64,000 nt of DNA from Magallana gigas (lineage: Eukaryota): assembly GCF_963853765.1 (NCBI RefSeq), contig NC_088855.1:2418001-2482000 (forward strand), read 5' to 3'. A program made the position numbers and the translations under genes. Below, piece after piece: positions 22,921 through 36,059 of the stretch. The notes below the pieces were generated by a model that was given only the letters and a program-made list of their open reading frames with translations, was not told the DNA's origin and searched no databases. The first letter of the stretch is position 1. Each line of letters begins with the position of its first letter.

Positions 22921-24231
22921 GTTAAAGCGCTCAATATTAAAAAATTTCAAATTTATTTTTTAGTTAAATTCTGCTTAGGTCATACAGCTCAAAAACTTGT
23001 CTTTTACTAAAAGAACCACAATATCTGCTTGAAAAATACCGACAACCAAAAGAGTTCGATATCTGAACGTTGAAGGGGGTGTTGTCCAAAATCAGTTCTC
23101 GTGAGAGGATGTAGAAAACGTGGAAACTTCCGATTTAGACTGAATACATGTATTAAATAATGTCCGTCTGATACTCGCTGTCTTAATTATCGATTGCCTG
23201 CCGACATTTGCATTGATATGTGCAGCAAAACTGAACAATGCGTATACAAATCTGGTCCATGTTTTCTTTCAAGCTACCCTGTATAGACATCCCTAATGAG
23301 GATGCTTTCGACAGGTATTTACTTTCATTCAACACAATGCTGGTGCTCTAACAATGGATTGATTAGGTTTTATCAATTTTTCGCTACATCTTTTTGTTCT
23401 CTAATTGATTTCGTATCAAAACAAATCAAATTCCAAAACCACAACACAGTATTTTCTTTTTGGTTGGCTGGTTAGATAAATTAGAACCTATATAAGGATT
23501 CATTGGTTGAATCATTTTTTTCATGACAGCAAAGTTTATAAAAATCGTTCACTCATTGATGGATTTCTATCGATCTCATATCATACATGCACTGTTACTA
23601 ATTGATGAACAATCAAATGTACTCATGATCACTGCGTTTCAGACTCGGGATACAATGTACTTACGTATTTAAAATGCAGGGACTCAATACACCTAATTTC
23701 CGTAGTGATTTGTTTACATTTTACCCTTCCATTAGCGCACACAATACAAAAAGTCATATCTAATGTTTAAAGAATGGGTCAATTAAAGTTTCATTATAAT
23801 TTGATCGAATATCACTCTCTGATAATTGAGGGTATTTTCTGATATCGCATTGTCTTAACTCGGGTGTCTACCGATTCTTGCATCCATCTCTTTGTGCAGC
23901 TGCATGTAGCAATAAATATCAATACGCTAAGTAGCGTGTCTCCAAATTAATTCGATGATTTTGAAATCAATAATGTCATTCTGTCAGCAGAGAACACTTT
24001 ATATGGTGAAGGGTTTATAGTATAAACATGCATGTCTTTGGATTTTAAAAAGTTCAATCGAAAAATCTTTAACAACTTTTAGAATGATTAGTAAAAAGCA
24101 AAAAAAAAAATCGTCTCCAATATTTCAAAAGTATAAATTATTACTAAGCATTTTTAGAAAACAATACATTAGCGTAAAATTTGCAGAACACAATCATTTG
24201 GAATCCCTCCCCCCTTTTATCACAGTCTCAA

Positions 24232-25089
24232 CTATATGGGCGAAATTTCTTCAAGGAAAGGTGTTTCACCAGGGACGGACGTCATTGGTCCGTTGAGAGA
24301 GACATCCGTTTCCGGATTCTTGCATTTCTTTTTGTCCTTTTTCTTCTTTTCTTTTAACGCAGCCGCATCAACATATTTTATTCTCATTTGAAAATTCCTT
24401 TTCCTGGGTTCGGCCTGTAGCTCCAGACTCTTAATGCTAGACATGATCATACAATAATACAGATTGTCGCACAAGGAATTTTTGCAATTCTGGCTCCGAA
24501 TCCCAAGGCAATTTTCCATGTCGCCATCGATATGTGATGACTCAAACCGTCTCACTACTTCGACCAGATCTGGATTTTCCTCTCCAGGGTTAATGTAAGA
24601 AAGACCTTCAGTTGCATAGTTAATCATTATTAAGTGTTGTCCCTTCATTGGGTCTGTTACAGATGACAGGTATGGGGACCAAGTCGTTGCGCGTAGGGAC
24701 AGACGACTCTCGGGGTGGGATTTTTTGAACACCTCTGTCAGTCGGTTCCAATTAACGGGAGGTTTATTGATCAAATAATTCCCTGTATTAAGAAAATCTG
24801 CAAGGATGCTCAAGATTTTGCCAGTTTCATTGGTCAAAACTATCACCAACTCTTCATCTTTGGCTGTCTCCTTTGCAATCAAGGCATCTTCTGATCCACA
24901 CATTAAGAAAACTGGGATAGTGTCGGCGAAAAACTCTAGTTTTCCAGTTTTTGTCCTCTTTACTTGGACTACACCACATGACATTTGTAGCTTTGTTTTA
25001 GACACCCTTACCACATCCACAGAATCCCCTCCGCATGGCTTGTATGTCTTGTCTTCGGTTTGGGTTTCATTGAGTTCCATGGACAACAT
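24232..25089 (-). CDS. Uncharacterized 285-aa protein (first in-frame ATG at 25089)
   Basis: 858-nt open frame in AT-rich DNA, globular-like composition, lysine-rich stretch near the C-terminus; no family recognised. Confidence 0.7.
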   Translation of the reverse strand: MLSMELNETQTEDKTYKPCGGDSVDVVRVSKTKLQMSCGVVQVKRTKTGKLEFFADTIPVFLMCGSEDALIAKETAKDEELVIVLTNETGKILSILADFLNTGNYLINKPPVNWNRLTEVFKKSHPESRLSLRATTWSPYLSSVTDPMKGQHLIMINYATEGLSYINPGEENPDLVEVVRRFESSHIDGDMENCLGIRSQNCKNSLCDNLYYCMIMSSIKSLELQAEPRKRNFQMRIKYVDAAALKEKKKKDKKKCKNPETDVSLNGPMTSVPGETPFLEEISPI

Positions 25090-25094
25090 GATCT

Positions 25095-25625
25095 TCAGTC
25101 CAATGGATAACACACTGTTCCGTCACTGATTAGTTTCCTTGGTTTTACGACGATAAGTCTTTCTTTGTACTGGAATACTAGCTGTAGCCTAGAAATATTT
25201 GATATTATAACGTTACATGTAAATATTACAAAAAGGAAAATAAAATTTAAGTGCATTGTCCGTTTATAATAAACTGTACAGTTTAGGTAAGTTATTCATG
25301 ATTCATTTCTGTGTGAATTTAGTTAATTTTTTTTCTTTATCATGGTTTTCTGGTTTTCGCTTTTAAACTGGGAGGGGGGGGGGGGGGTCAGACAATTCAG
25401 TATGTTCTTTCTGTTATGTTATTTCGACATAAACATCTTAAGGCTTGTTCATTGTACAGAAAAAATGTGTAACTGCAATTGAATAGAAAGAAGACGCAAT
25501 ATAACTTACATGTACTTGCAAATGTCCGTCGTCTTGGGTAGGTAAACATCTGCACAATCGTCTGCTATTGTTATTGTAATCACATCGGGATCGAGGTACA
25601 TGTCACCTAAAATGAAAGTAGACAT
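25095..25625 (-). CDS. Spliced 69-aa upstream ORF, or the frameshifted N-terminus of the 24232-25089 gene
   Basis: Exon 25625-25510 (donor gtaagt) plus exon 25188-25095 (acceptor tttctag) reads MSTFILGDMYLDPDVITITIADDCADVYLPKTTDICKYMLQLVFQYKERLIVVKPRKLISDGTVCYPLD*. Confidence 0.45.
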
Positions 25626-25674
25626 CGTCACATGATTATGATGATAGATGTAAGGGACGGACAAACTTAACACC

Positions 25675-28600
25675 ATGAACTATATCCGTACTGGCATCGG
25701 TCTGTTTTTTGAGTATGACACCCCAAGAATCGTTCACATACAGAGCAAAAAGGTCGGGGTGATCAATCGCTTCATTCAGTTCTGTATCATTGGATATGTC
25801 ATCGGGTTTGTATCATGAAATGTCCTATATTTTTGTTCCATCAGAACACTGATTTTAATGATATACATATGATATACATGTTTGGACATAATAACATTCT
25901 AATTAACAGTGAATAATACAGTTACTAAAACCAAAAGAATTTGCCAATGTATGATTGGACATTTTTGGAATATACTTGTATTTACTTTATTCATGTGAGA
26001 TGTTAGACTCCATTAAATTTTATTCTCTATTTAAAATGTGATCTTAATGAAAATTTCATCTCTCATATTTATGCGTGGTGTTAAACCATATCATGTTTAT
26101 ATAGGGCATAATTTTTTTTAAATGGTACCACTGAATTTAGGTACCTCCATGCATGATTAGCAAACAGAAGACTCTTTTTTATTCAGCACTTTCATATAAC
26201 TTTAGGAAAGCTTCTGTACATAAAAACAGGGTTCTTTTTTAGTATTTTACTTATGTTTCTTAATAAATAAGCTTAATTAGAGAGGGATTCAAAGAGGGAT
26301 ATTTTAATGTGAAAAGCTTGATTGCATGCTTATATTTGGATGGGTATAATGAACATATAGTGATCATTGCAAAGAAAGCTAACATTGATATTTTTTTGTT
26401 TTGCAACATGAATTAATGTGATATAGATTCTAAAATTTTAAATTACAATGTTTTAATAGAGTTTGCTTTGTTTTATAATTTTATATTTTAGAGAAATACC
26501 TTTATTTTTTGCAAATGTTTACATTAATCTGTTTTGCTCTCCCTCCATTGAAAACATAATTTGGTTCTCAACAGCTTTGCCATCATTTTCAAAAAAGGCT
26601 ACCAAGACTTTGACAATGTGCAAAGTGTTGTTACTACGAAAGTTAAAGGCATCGTCATGGTGAACACCACAGTCCACCCTGATATCCAGCCCATCTGGGA
26701 CGTAGCTGACTATATTGTACCACCCCAGGTAATTTATTGTATTATATAATATTGGAAAAGAACTATATATGATATTAGTCAAATTTGACCCCCATAATTT
26801 GCCATTTTTTTAAAGTGTTTCTGGTACATTAATTGTTATGTTATATTTTAATTAGAAGAGTTGATATAAATTATATTTTCACCTATTAATTTATTTATAT
26901 GCACCCACTGGCAGAATTTGATGTCAAAAGTAGGCTATTTTTAGAATTCAATCAAAATCAGTCATTATTTGACATTTTTCATTGTCAATTTTTGAATGGG
27001 AAATATAGAGTGGCGCTTTGAACAAGAACAAACTTTTTGTCACATATAAGTACTGAATAGATACATCTTTGGTGAAAATATTTTGTTTGTTCAAGCAATC
27101 GCTCAATGTTTTATTAAAGAAAAACTGCTTGAAAACCAGCTGTTTTATGCTGTAAATGCGAAAATGGAGGGAAAAGGTCAACTTTATGATGTCATATTTT
27201 TAAATTGGGGACATTAAAATCAAAATTAAAATTATGAAAAAACTACAAATGTGTATTTGTACAAATAAAACAAAGAATTACAGTATAATGATGATGTTCA
27301 TTTAAGGGGGCCATATTAAACTCAAACCATATATAGTCCTTTAACATTAATTTTTTCATTAGATTACAGTAAATCACTAGCAGAAAAATGCCAACTGTTA
27401 TTTGAAAATAAACATTACTTCAGTTTATTTAATAATTAATATATAAACACTAACTACATTGCCTTCTATTGGTGAATATTTCCTTTCTGGGCTAGCAAAA
27501 CCCTTTTTAAGAATTCATTCATTTAATGATATTGTTTAGTTATTGAAAGCCGGATTATATATATGATGCATTTAAAATACGAAAATACAAATTTTAATCT
27601 AGATAGATTTCATTTGTATTTCTCTTTTTTTGCAGGAGAACAATGCTTTTTTTGTTATAACCAATCTCATAGTCACCCCAAACCAATCAATCGGAATCTG
27701 TCCAGAGGTAGGCCTTATTTCAGTTGTAGCGATTTCATACTGATTAATCACATCTCATCAATATCACTCATCAAAATTAATATGATCATCAGCATACTTG
27801 ATCTGTTTTGTAAACATGTAAAACTTGATCCAACTATTTGTGTTTTATATCCTATTAAAAAACAGAGAACATAGAAAAATACTATTAAAAAAAATTCATG
27901 TGTTTTGCCAAATGACAATGCATTAAACCATGACAATTAATTTTAATGAAGCACTCAGCAGGTGTGTATCAGTACAGTGTGTATTTTATAACACTCTTTA
28001 TACTGATAACACTTTAAAACTTTCAGTATACATGTGCTCAGTAAATTCACTTGAAGTTTTTGATAACCATCAATTGTTATATATGTTCAAGCAATGAAGA
28101 ATCAAACACTGCTTTTTCTATAGGACAGCACTGTATATGGTTCTAATTGTACTGTGGACAAAGACTGTCCGGCAGGTACCTCACTTCCTGTTGGCAATGG
28201 TGAGCCACCACTTCAGTTAGTTATACATCATAAATCTAACGCTGACAGAACTTAGTTCTTCTCTGAAAAACAATCTACAGAATTTATCAGTAAATAACTG
28301 ATTTGAACATTTTGTACTATGTGAGATCATAAACACCTGAAAAGATGTGGCTTTGCTTTGGTACAAAATCCAAAGTATTGGGTGACTCCTTAAGAAATAT
28401 AAATTCAGAGCAGACAGAACTGTGAATATCTGAAACCTACATTTTAGATTTTTTTCAGCTGCAGGTCTGTACCTCCCAGTCTGAAAAAATATAGATGGAT
28501 GACCTTGGAGCTACAGTGCCACCCATTGAAAAATTATGTATTTATTGCACCCAAAAATGTGTGCTATTTTTGGACTGATTAACCTTATTGATACACAAAT

Positions 28601-31600
28601 TCTGTGAAAACAAATAGTACCATTCAATTCTTCATGCAGTTTACTACTATTCTCGTCTTGTTACTTGCTTCAGATAGTCTTTTGAACACCATCACTAGCC
28701 CTGTAAAATGAAGTTGTGATGTTTGTTAACATGTTAAAATAACAACTCTAGATCTCAATGTAAATTTAACATACTTGATTTTCTGAGGTCAGTAGTGTGT
28801 TCATAAAGAATTTAATGTTACTAATTGTTTTCACAGAATTTGCTGATAAATAAGGTTGATCAGTTTTTTTCAATGGGTGGCACTGTAGCTCTCAGGTCAT
28901 CTGTCTAGATTTTTTCATACCAGAAGCTACAGACCTACAGCTAGATCTTTTTATGAAACTTTTTTTATTGCATCGATATATGCTGCTATATCAATAACAT
29001 GTATTTGAAGAATGAAGAGGATGTTTGATATACATCTCTTTTTCGTTTTACAACAGGTGTTTTAACAGGAAAGTGTGACCCTGATGTCAATAGATGTGAA
29101 ATCCATGCATGGTGTCCCGTGGAAAATGGGACCACCAAAGCGTATGGACTTTTCTCATTTTTACATATCACACTTGAATGTCTTTTGTTTTATTTTTTAT
29201 TAAGGCTGGGATGTACATACTATCATGATATGCAACTATAGCAAGCACATATTTTTGTAGGTCAATTTTAACGTCCAATATTTATTTTGTAATAATTGAA
29301 TAATACGATACAAAATTCTTTATCTCAATATAACTACAACAAGCACGTTACATAATAACCAAGGTAATTTTTCTACTTATCTAAATAAATGATTAAACAT
29401 TTGTCCAAAAACGATCCCTACTAGAAAGAGGTAATGTAAATAAATTAATCAAAAACAGTATATTTTACATGGGATTAAAAAGTGTTCTAAAATATTGCCA
29501 TGTCTCATTGGATATTTTTAAAAGTAAGTACAGTCATGTACAGCAAATGTAAAAGAGCCGATCCTGTTAGCATTTGCATCTTTGAGAAAGTGAACTTTAT
29601 CTACTAAGTGCAATCATTGTTATAAACACCACAAAAATCAGTAGATGTGATGATGGATATCATCTGCAAAAAAAGTACATGTGTACTAAATTAAAAAAAA
29701 TTAATAAAATCTAGACCTTTTACCTATTACGAATAAAAAGCAAGTATTTGCTCTCAACAACAAAAATTACAGTATCACAAATTCCTTGTGTTAAAAAAAT
29801 TAAAAAATTACTTATAAATTCAATATATTTTTTTTTATTTCAGACCCAAACCAGCTATTTTAGAGGAATCAAAAAAATTTACTGTATTTATAAAAAATAA
29901 TGTAGAGTTTCCAAAGTATAACGTTAAAAGGTAAGTTTGATATGGACATGCATATAACTTGCTTGTTTTGTATATATGTTATCAGTTTCTGGTTTGTATA
30001 AAAAGATATTATTTTGTTTGGCATCTGAATTAGTTTATGAGTACTAAAAATTCATATAAACATGCATGAGCTACAATTTTTTATGATTTATTGAGACTCA
30101 TTCCTGAAAATGACCTCTAGTGATGCTTTGCCATATTGAATCATATATTAATTTGTGAGACTTTCAAAAACATCCTCATAAACTTTAATGTAGCATGATG
30201 AATATTGCCTATATTCTTACTGATATTATTTTTCTTGCAAACAGAAGTAATTCTATGTTAGCAATATAGTCTTAGAGAATTGTTGAAAATACTAACAATT
30301 ACATTTTAGTTGCCCCCATCTTGAAGGTGGACAAATGACATTTTTTTTTACAAGTTTGTGTATAAATTAATGACGTGTATGGTAATTAAATAATAAATTT
30401 AAACAGGCGAAACTTGCCGGACAATGTGAGTAACGACTATCTCCAGAACTGTAGGTATGACGGCGGGGCCAACTCAAGGTGTCCTATCTTCACTCTCCAG
30501 TCCATTGTAGAGGGGGCAAATAGTGGATCCTATGGAGAAGTAGCGATGGAGGTACGGTTTGACCTAGTGTAATAGATAAGGGATATGTAAAAGTAAAGAC
30601 AGAGGTATGGTTAGACCTAGTGTAATTGATAGGGGATTATTCTGAGAAGTAGCAACAGAGGTACAGATAGACCTAGTGTAATAGTAAGGGGATTGTAGGG
30701 AGGAGTAGAGACAGAGGTACGGTTAGACCTAGTGTAATAGGTAGGGGATTGTAGGGAGGAGTAGAGACAGAGGTACGGTTAGACCTTGTGTAATAGGTAG
30801 GGGATTGTAGGGAGGAATAGAGACAGAGGTTAGGTTAGGAATAGAGACAGAGGTATGGTTAGACCTAGTGTAATAGGTAGGGGATTGTAGGGAGGAATAG
30901 AGACAGAGGTTAGGTTAGGAATAGAGACAGAGGTATGGTTAGACCTAGTGTAATAGGTAGGGGATTGTGCATAGATCTAGCAACACTACAGCTAGTAGCA
31001 GGTTAGACCTAGTGTATTGAATATATGAACCCAAAGGGAATTAGTTAGAGGTATGATTAGACCTATTTTGATAAATAGTGGGTAATATAGAGAATAAGTG
31101 TTAGAAGTATAAAAGCAGTGTAGGTAATTTTTAATGGGACATAGAGAGAATTAGTATGAGATACATGTATAAGAACTAATATAAAAATTTATAGTGGGAT
31201 CATCACAGAGTTAGTAGTGGAGGATCAATTGATCTAATGTAATATGCATTGAAATCTTCAGAGAAAGATTGAGATAAGATATAGATCATACAGCTTGCAC
31301 AGATAAAAAGTATTAGAGGAATTATAAGACCAAAGGGTAACATGTGTGTATATGTATATAATTATATGAACTATCATAGTTTGTGATGGTACATGATTTT
31401 TATTCAACAGGTTATGTGATTTTTATTCCCCAATCTAAACTAACCTACTTTTTTGTATTCAATCAGTGTAGTGAACACAAGATCTATCATTTTATATACA
31501 TCATTCTGTATACATCAGCAGCTTTACCAACTAAAAAAAATATAAGAATGTGACTGATCTTATTCCGATATGCTTTAATGCATGTTAAATGTTTGTGTTT

Positions 31601-34437
31601 TTGATTAATTTAGATAAGTTCTAAAATCATGCATGTTATTTTCTGTTTGGCCTTTTCATCCATTTTCTTGCAAATGCACATTTAATATTTTCACTGCTTG
31701 AAATGCAGATTTTTTTCTTTATAATGTGATTTTTGTTTTTATTCCTTTGAATTGTAAACACAACAATAATTCAAATTTTTTGTACATCAAACATCAAATT
31801 GTTTATAATCTCTGCCATTGTCAAGGAGACTGGTAACAAATCATGATAATAAGTTTATTTATTCTTAAATCATAAAATTTTTCTGTATAATCCTGACTCA
31901 AAATGGCACGACAAGTTTTAATGATCCTCTTCCTTTTTTTAATCCTTATCAAAGGAAACTAATTGTGCATTTGCAGGAGAAATATCTTTTATTTGAAATC
32001 GAACGAAGACTTGTCAAACTGTCGATTTAATCCTGATGGCCCTGCTGACAAGTATTGTCCCATTTTTGTGTTGAAGGACATTGTTAGTGGCACAGGAAGT
32101 AGATATGATGAGTTGTCCGTCCAGGTACATTGATAAGTTTTACCTGTCATATAATGATGTAAATTACAATTGCATTGGTTTGCTGATAAATTTTACCTTT
32201 GAAAGGTCCTCCAGGAAAATCAAGGCATTAATTTTCAAAAGTATTGGTTTTCAGTCTGCTCATTATTGTAATACCGATGGATAGACTCCTAACTGTGTAT
32301 ACTATTTTTGGTTTGCTATAGGGAGGAGTTATTCAGATCCGGATCAAATGGAACTGTAATCTGGATCTGTCGGTAGATAAATGCCTTCCGGAGTACAGTT
32401 TCAAAAGACTGGACAGCAGCACTTACAAGATATCAAAAGGATACAACTTTCGGTACATACTGTGGATTATTATAATTTATTCACAGTCTCATAGGTTTTG
32501 TGAATCTTCAACAAATTTTGAACTATTATTTTTTAAATGAATCCATCAAATTACATTCTGATAAACTTATAAAAACAAAAACTGGCAATGTTTTGCCAAT
32601 TGGCCCTCAGAAATGTTAAAAAAAATTTACATAATGCTTTTACATCAAGAACTTTGAAAGAAAAACTTTGATAAGATACTTGTAATGATTATGTATGGAC
32701 ATACACAGGTTCTATTTCTTTCACAATTGTCTTCTTTTCTACATGCATTTCAGATATTCAAGAAATTTCAAAGATGCCAATGGGACAGAGTTCCGAACCC
32801 TGTATAAAGCCTATGGGATCAAGTTTGTAATCTCTGTGTCAGGACAAGCTCGGAAATTTGCCCCTGTTCCATTCTTAACCAACGTGGGAAGTGGCCTGGC
32901 TCTGTTGTCCATTGTAAGTCTCATAAAAGCTACCTCTGTTTGGGTGCAGTATACTACACACCTGTACCTTTGTGAATATTATTAAGTGGCCTTGCAGGAT
33001 CAAAAGTCAAATTTCTAACATTTATATGATTACTGTCTTCATATACCATAATAAATGTACTCTGAGAGCTTATCTGTTTTTATCTGTTTGTAATCTGGTT
33101 GTTTTTTTTAAGACAGACAGGTATGCATGTACCATATCACATAAAATCCACGGCAAAAATTATTAAGTTCTTGGATAAATCAAATGGATTTTTATTTCAT
33201 GAGAAATTCACCAGAAATGAATTTAGCAATTAACAAATAATGTACTTCAATTTTTTCTGGAAACTAGTTTGTATGCTCTTTCATTATGAAATTCGTATGT
33301 GACATTATTTTGTGACATTGTGACATTGTTTGTGACATTGTTTGTGATATTATTTGTGATATTGGGACATTATTTAGGACATATGTGACATTATTTGTGA
33401 TATTGTGTCATTATTTTGAACATACGTGACATTATTTGGGACAATTGTGACATAAATTGTGATATTGTGACATTGTTTGGGGCATTTGTGACATTATTTG
33501 TGACATTGTGACATTATTTAGGACATATGTGACATTATTTGTGATATTTTGATGTTATTTGTGACATTATTTGAGACATTTGTGACACTATTTGTGATAT
33601 TGTGTCATTATTTTGAAAGTACGTGACATTATTTGGGACACTTGTGACATAAATTGTGATATTGTGACATTGTTTGGGGCATTTGTGACATTATTTGTGA
33701 CATTGTGACATTATTTAGCACATATGTGACATTATTTGTTATATTTTTGTTATTTGTGACATTATTTGAGACATATGTGACATTATTTGTGATAGTGTGA
33801 CATTGGTGACATTATTTGTGACACCGTTACATTATTTGTGCCATTGTGACATTATTATGGACATATTACATTATTTGTGATACTTTGATATTATTTTGAA
33901 CATATGTGTCATTATTTGGGACAATTGTGACATAAATTGTGATATTGTGACATTGTTTTGGACATTTGTGACATTATTTGTGACATTGTTACATGATTTA
34001 GGACATTAATTACATTATTTGTGACATTATTTGTGACATTGGGACATTATTTGGGAATTATTTTGGACATTTGTTACATTATTTGTGATATATGTGACAT
34101 AATTTGTAACATAATTACATGATTGTGGGCATTTGGCACATTATTTGGGACATTATTTGTGACATTGTGACTTTATTTGTGATATTGTGACATTTTGGTA
34201 TTTGTTAATGGTCCACCAGTCTCTTATACTATGCACAGTTTTCAATTTGACAATTGAAGAAAGTGTAGCATATAAGAAATGTTGACAACCAAACATCCAC
34301 TGAAAACATTGATCTGAATTTACTCTTTGCTACAGGCAACAGTCATCTGTGACATTGTGGTCCTATACATGCTGAAGGCCAGGGCACTGTACAAAGAGAA
34401 GAAGTACCTGCAGGTGGTGGGCGATGATGCTTACAAG
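25675..34437 (+). CDS. P2X purinoceptor (P2X4-like); terminal coding exon not resolved
   Basis: Exons 25675-25805, 26575-26728, 27636-27707, 28124-28199, 29057-29141, 29844-29930, [30407-30551 or 31977-32124], 32322-32452, 32754-32913, 34336-34437. Motifs [76 protein letters not shown]. Confidence 0.95.
30407..30551 (+). CDS. P2X alternative exon 7a (dorsal fin region)
   Basis: cag acceptor, gtacgg donor; [48 protein letters not shown]; phase 2 in, phase 0 out. Confidence 0.9.
30520..31070 (+). repeat. About 58-60-bp minisatellite containing repeated copies of the exon 7a donor junction
   Basis: Units like aggggattgtagggaggagtagagacagag|gtacggttagacctagtgtaatag resemble the real junction agtggatcctatggagaagtagcgatggag|gtacggtttgacctagtgtaatag. 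Confidence 0.9.
31977..32124 (+). CDS. P2X alternative exon 7b (dorsal fin region)
   Basis: ttgcag acceptor, gtacat donor; [49 protein letters not shown]; phase 2 in, phase 0 out. Confidence 0.9.
33295..34200. repeat. Intronic tgtgacattatt-based satellite with higher-order repeats
   Basis: 9-13-bp tgtgacat(tatt) subunits; the block gggaca(a/c)ttgtgacataaattgtgatattgtgacattgttt recurs at about 33437, 33635 and 33918. Confidence 0.9.
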
Positions 34438-36059
34438 GTAACTTTATTATTATAATTGCTCCCTGGTCGGTGTTAAACTCGACCAGGTAGAATCTGTAAC
34501 AAATCATTTTGGAAATAAAGTTATAATTAATTTATTACTTTATTACTTGAAAAAAAAACTTTTTTGTTCTTATTTCATTTAAGAAAATGGACATACTAAA
34601 CCCCTACATTCCCCACATTTAAATTTAAAGATCAACCAAACTCTTTTCATAATGAGTTTTTAATATAAATCGGTGCATGTTATATATTTCTCTTTGATGT
34701 AGTTACAAAATAAACTTTAATTTCTTCCCTTTTTTCTTTATAAGTTGTATTCTACACAGCACATACTCATAGGACCTTGGTGTCAACAATATTCACAATA
34801 CTTGGCATTAGGTTGAACATATAAACATATACATCCATATTGATAATGTTTCCTGTTAGACTAAATTTATTTAATTTCAAGGATGGTCATCTTAAAATTA
34901 AAAAAAAAGGTGAAAAATCAAGAAACCAAGAAGAAAAAAAACCAGTAAGATACTAAATTCAGCACATTTATTCTTGTGCTTTCAATTTGCAATCTAGTGA
35001 GTGATGAAAATATCTTGATAGTAAAATGCTGTATACATACCAAAAAATAATACTGTATAGTATTATTCTTGGTAAAACTGTCATTCTTCAAGAGGGGACA
35101 TCTAGCATCTTTTTTATTCCTGTCCTTTCTACAAAAGCTGAAAAAGCTGCAGACTCTTTTGTTTAATCAATTACCTGAAGAATACCAATGATTACCTCAT
35201 TGTAAGATAAGGATACTCATTTTAAATAAATTAATAGCTTTGAAATATTTTTAACTGACTTAAAACTTTGACATATCATATTTTTAGACACAAACTAACA
35301 TTTCGTAAAGAAAAAAACTTAATATTTTGCCTTTGAAATTTGAGCATTTTCCTCTATCTTAACACAAAACTCTCCTTCAGAAGGAGGTAAATATAGCATA
35401 GAAACGGCCACGACCATTGCGCCCCCTTACAACACTGGAGTTCTCACTTGTATGACTTCATTAACCAAACACCGTTTCGGCAAGTGTTAACTAGGATATG
35501 CACTCCAGCTACACGTTCACACTTTCTATGAAGTATACGAAACCTTTAAATGCTGCCGGTCTTGTAGTAAATAGTGATGTTAATTTGGTTTATGTGATAA
35601 CGCTGTATGAATTCCAAGCTGTACAACTATTTAATGGGCTGTTTATCCTTTTGGGTGACTTTTTTTTTACACCTTTTACTTAATTTTCAACTTTGAAAAA
35701 TCCATAAGGCCCCGTGGCGCCTCGCCGGGATAACGACAGTATACCATTAACGGTGTTTATAGATGCCACTTCTGTGGTTCGATCAACCATTGATCACGGG
35801 AGCTTTCCCTTTATGAGTTTGTTGCCCTCCAAGTAAAATTATTGATGTTTTGTTGTGTTGCATCGATAGCAAATATTGTGTATTGTAATAAGATGTATTA
35901 CAATATGGATTTACCTTTTTGAATCGGGGGATGGGTGTGTGGCCTTTTAGAGTGGTTAGATGTACTGCCGTGTTTAAAACACACTATCAATTGAAACCGT
36001 TATATTTTGAAAGAAGATTTGGATTAAATCAGTATAAATTACTACATCATGAAGGTTAA

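Noticed and set aside
25122-25127. In-frame TGA upstream of the 285-aa ORF as selenocysteine or readthrough
   Set aside because: The upstream exon splices in a different phase, so that frame has no start; no SECIS evidence.
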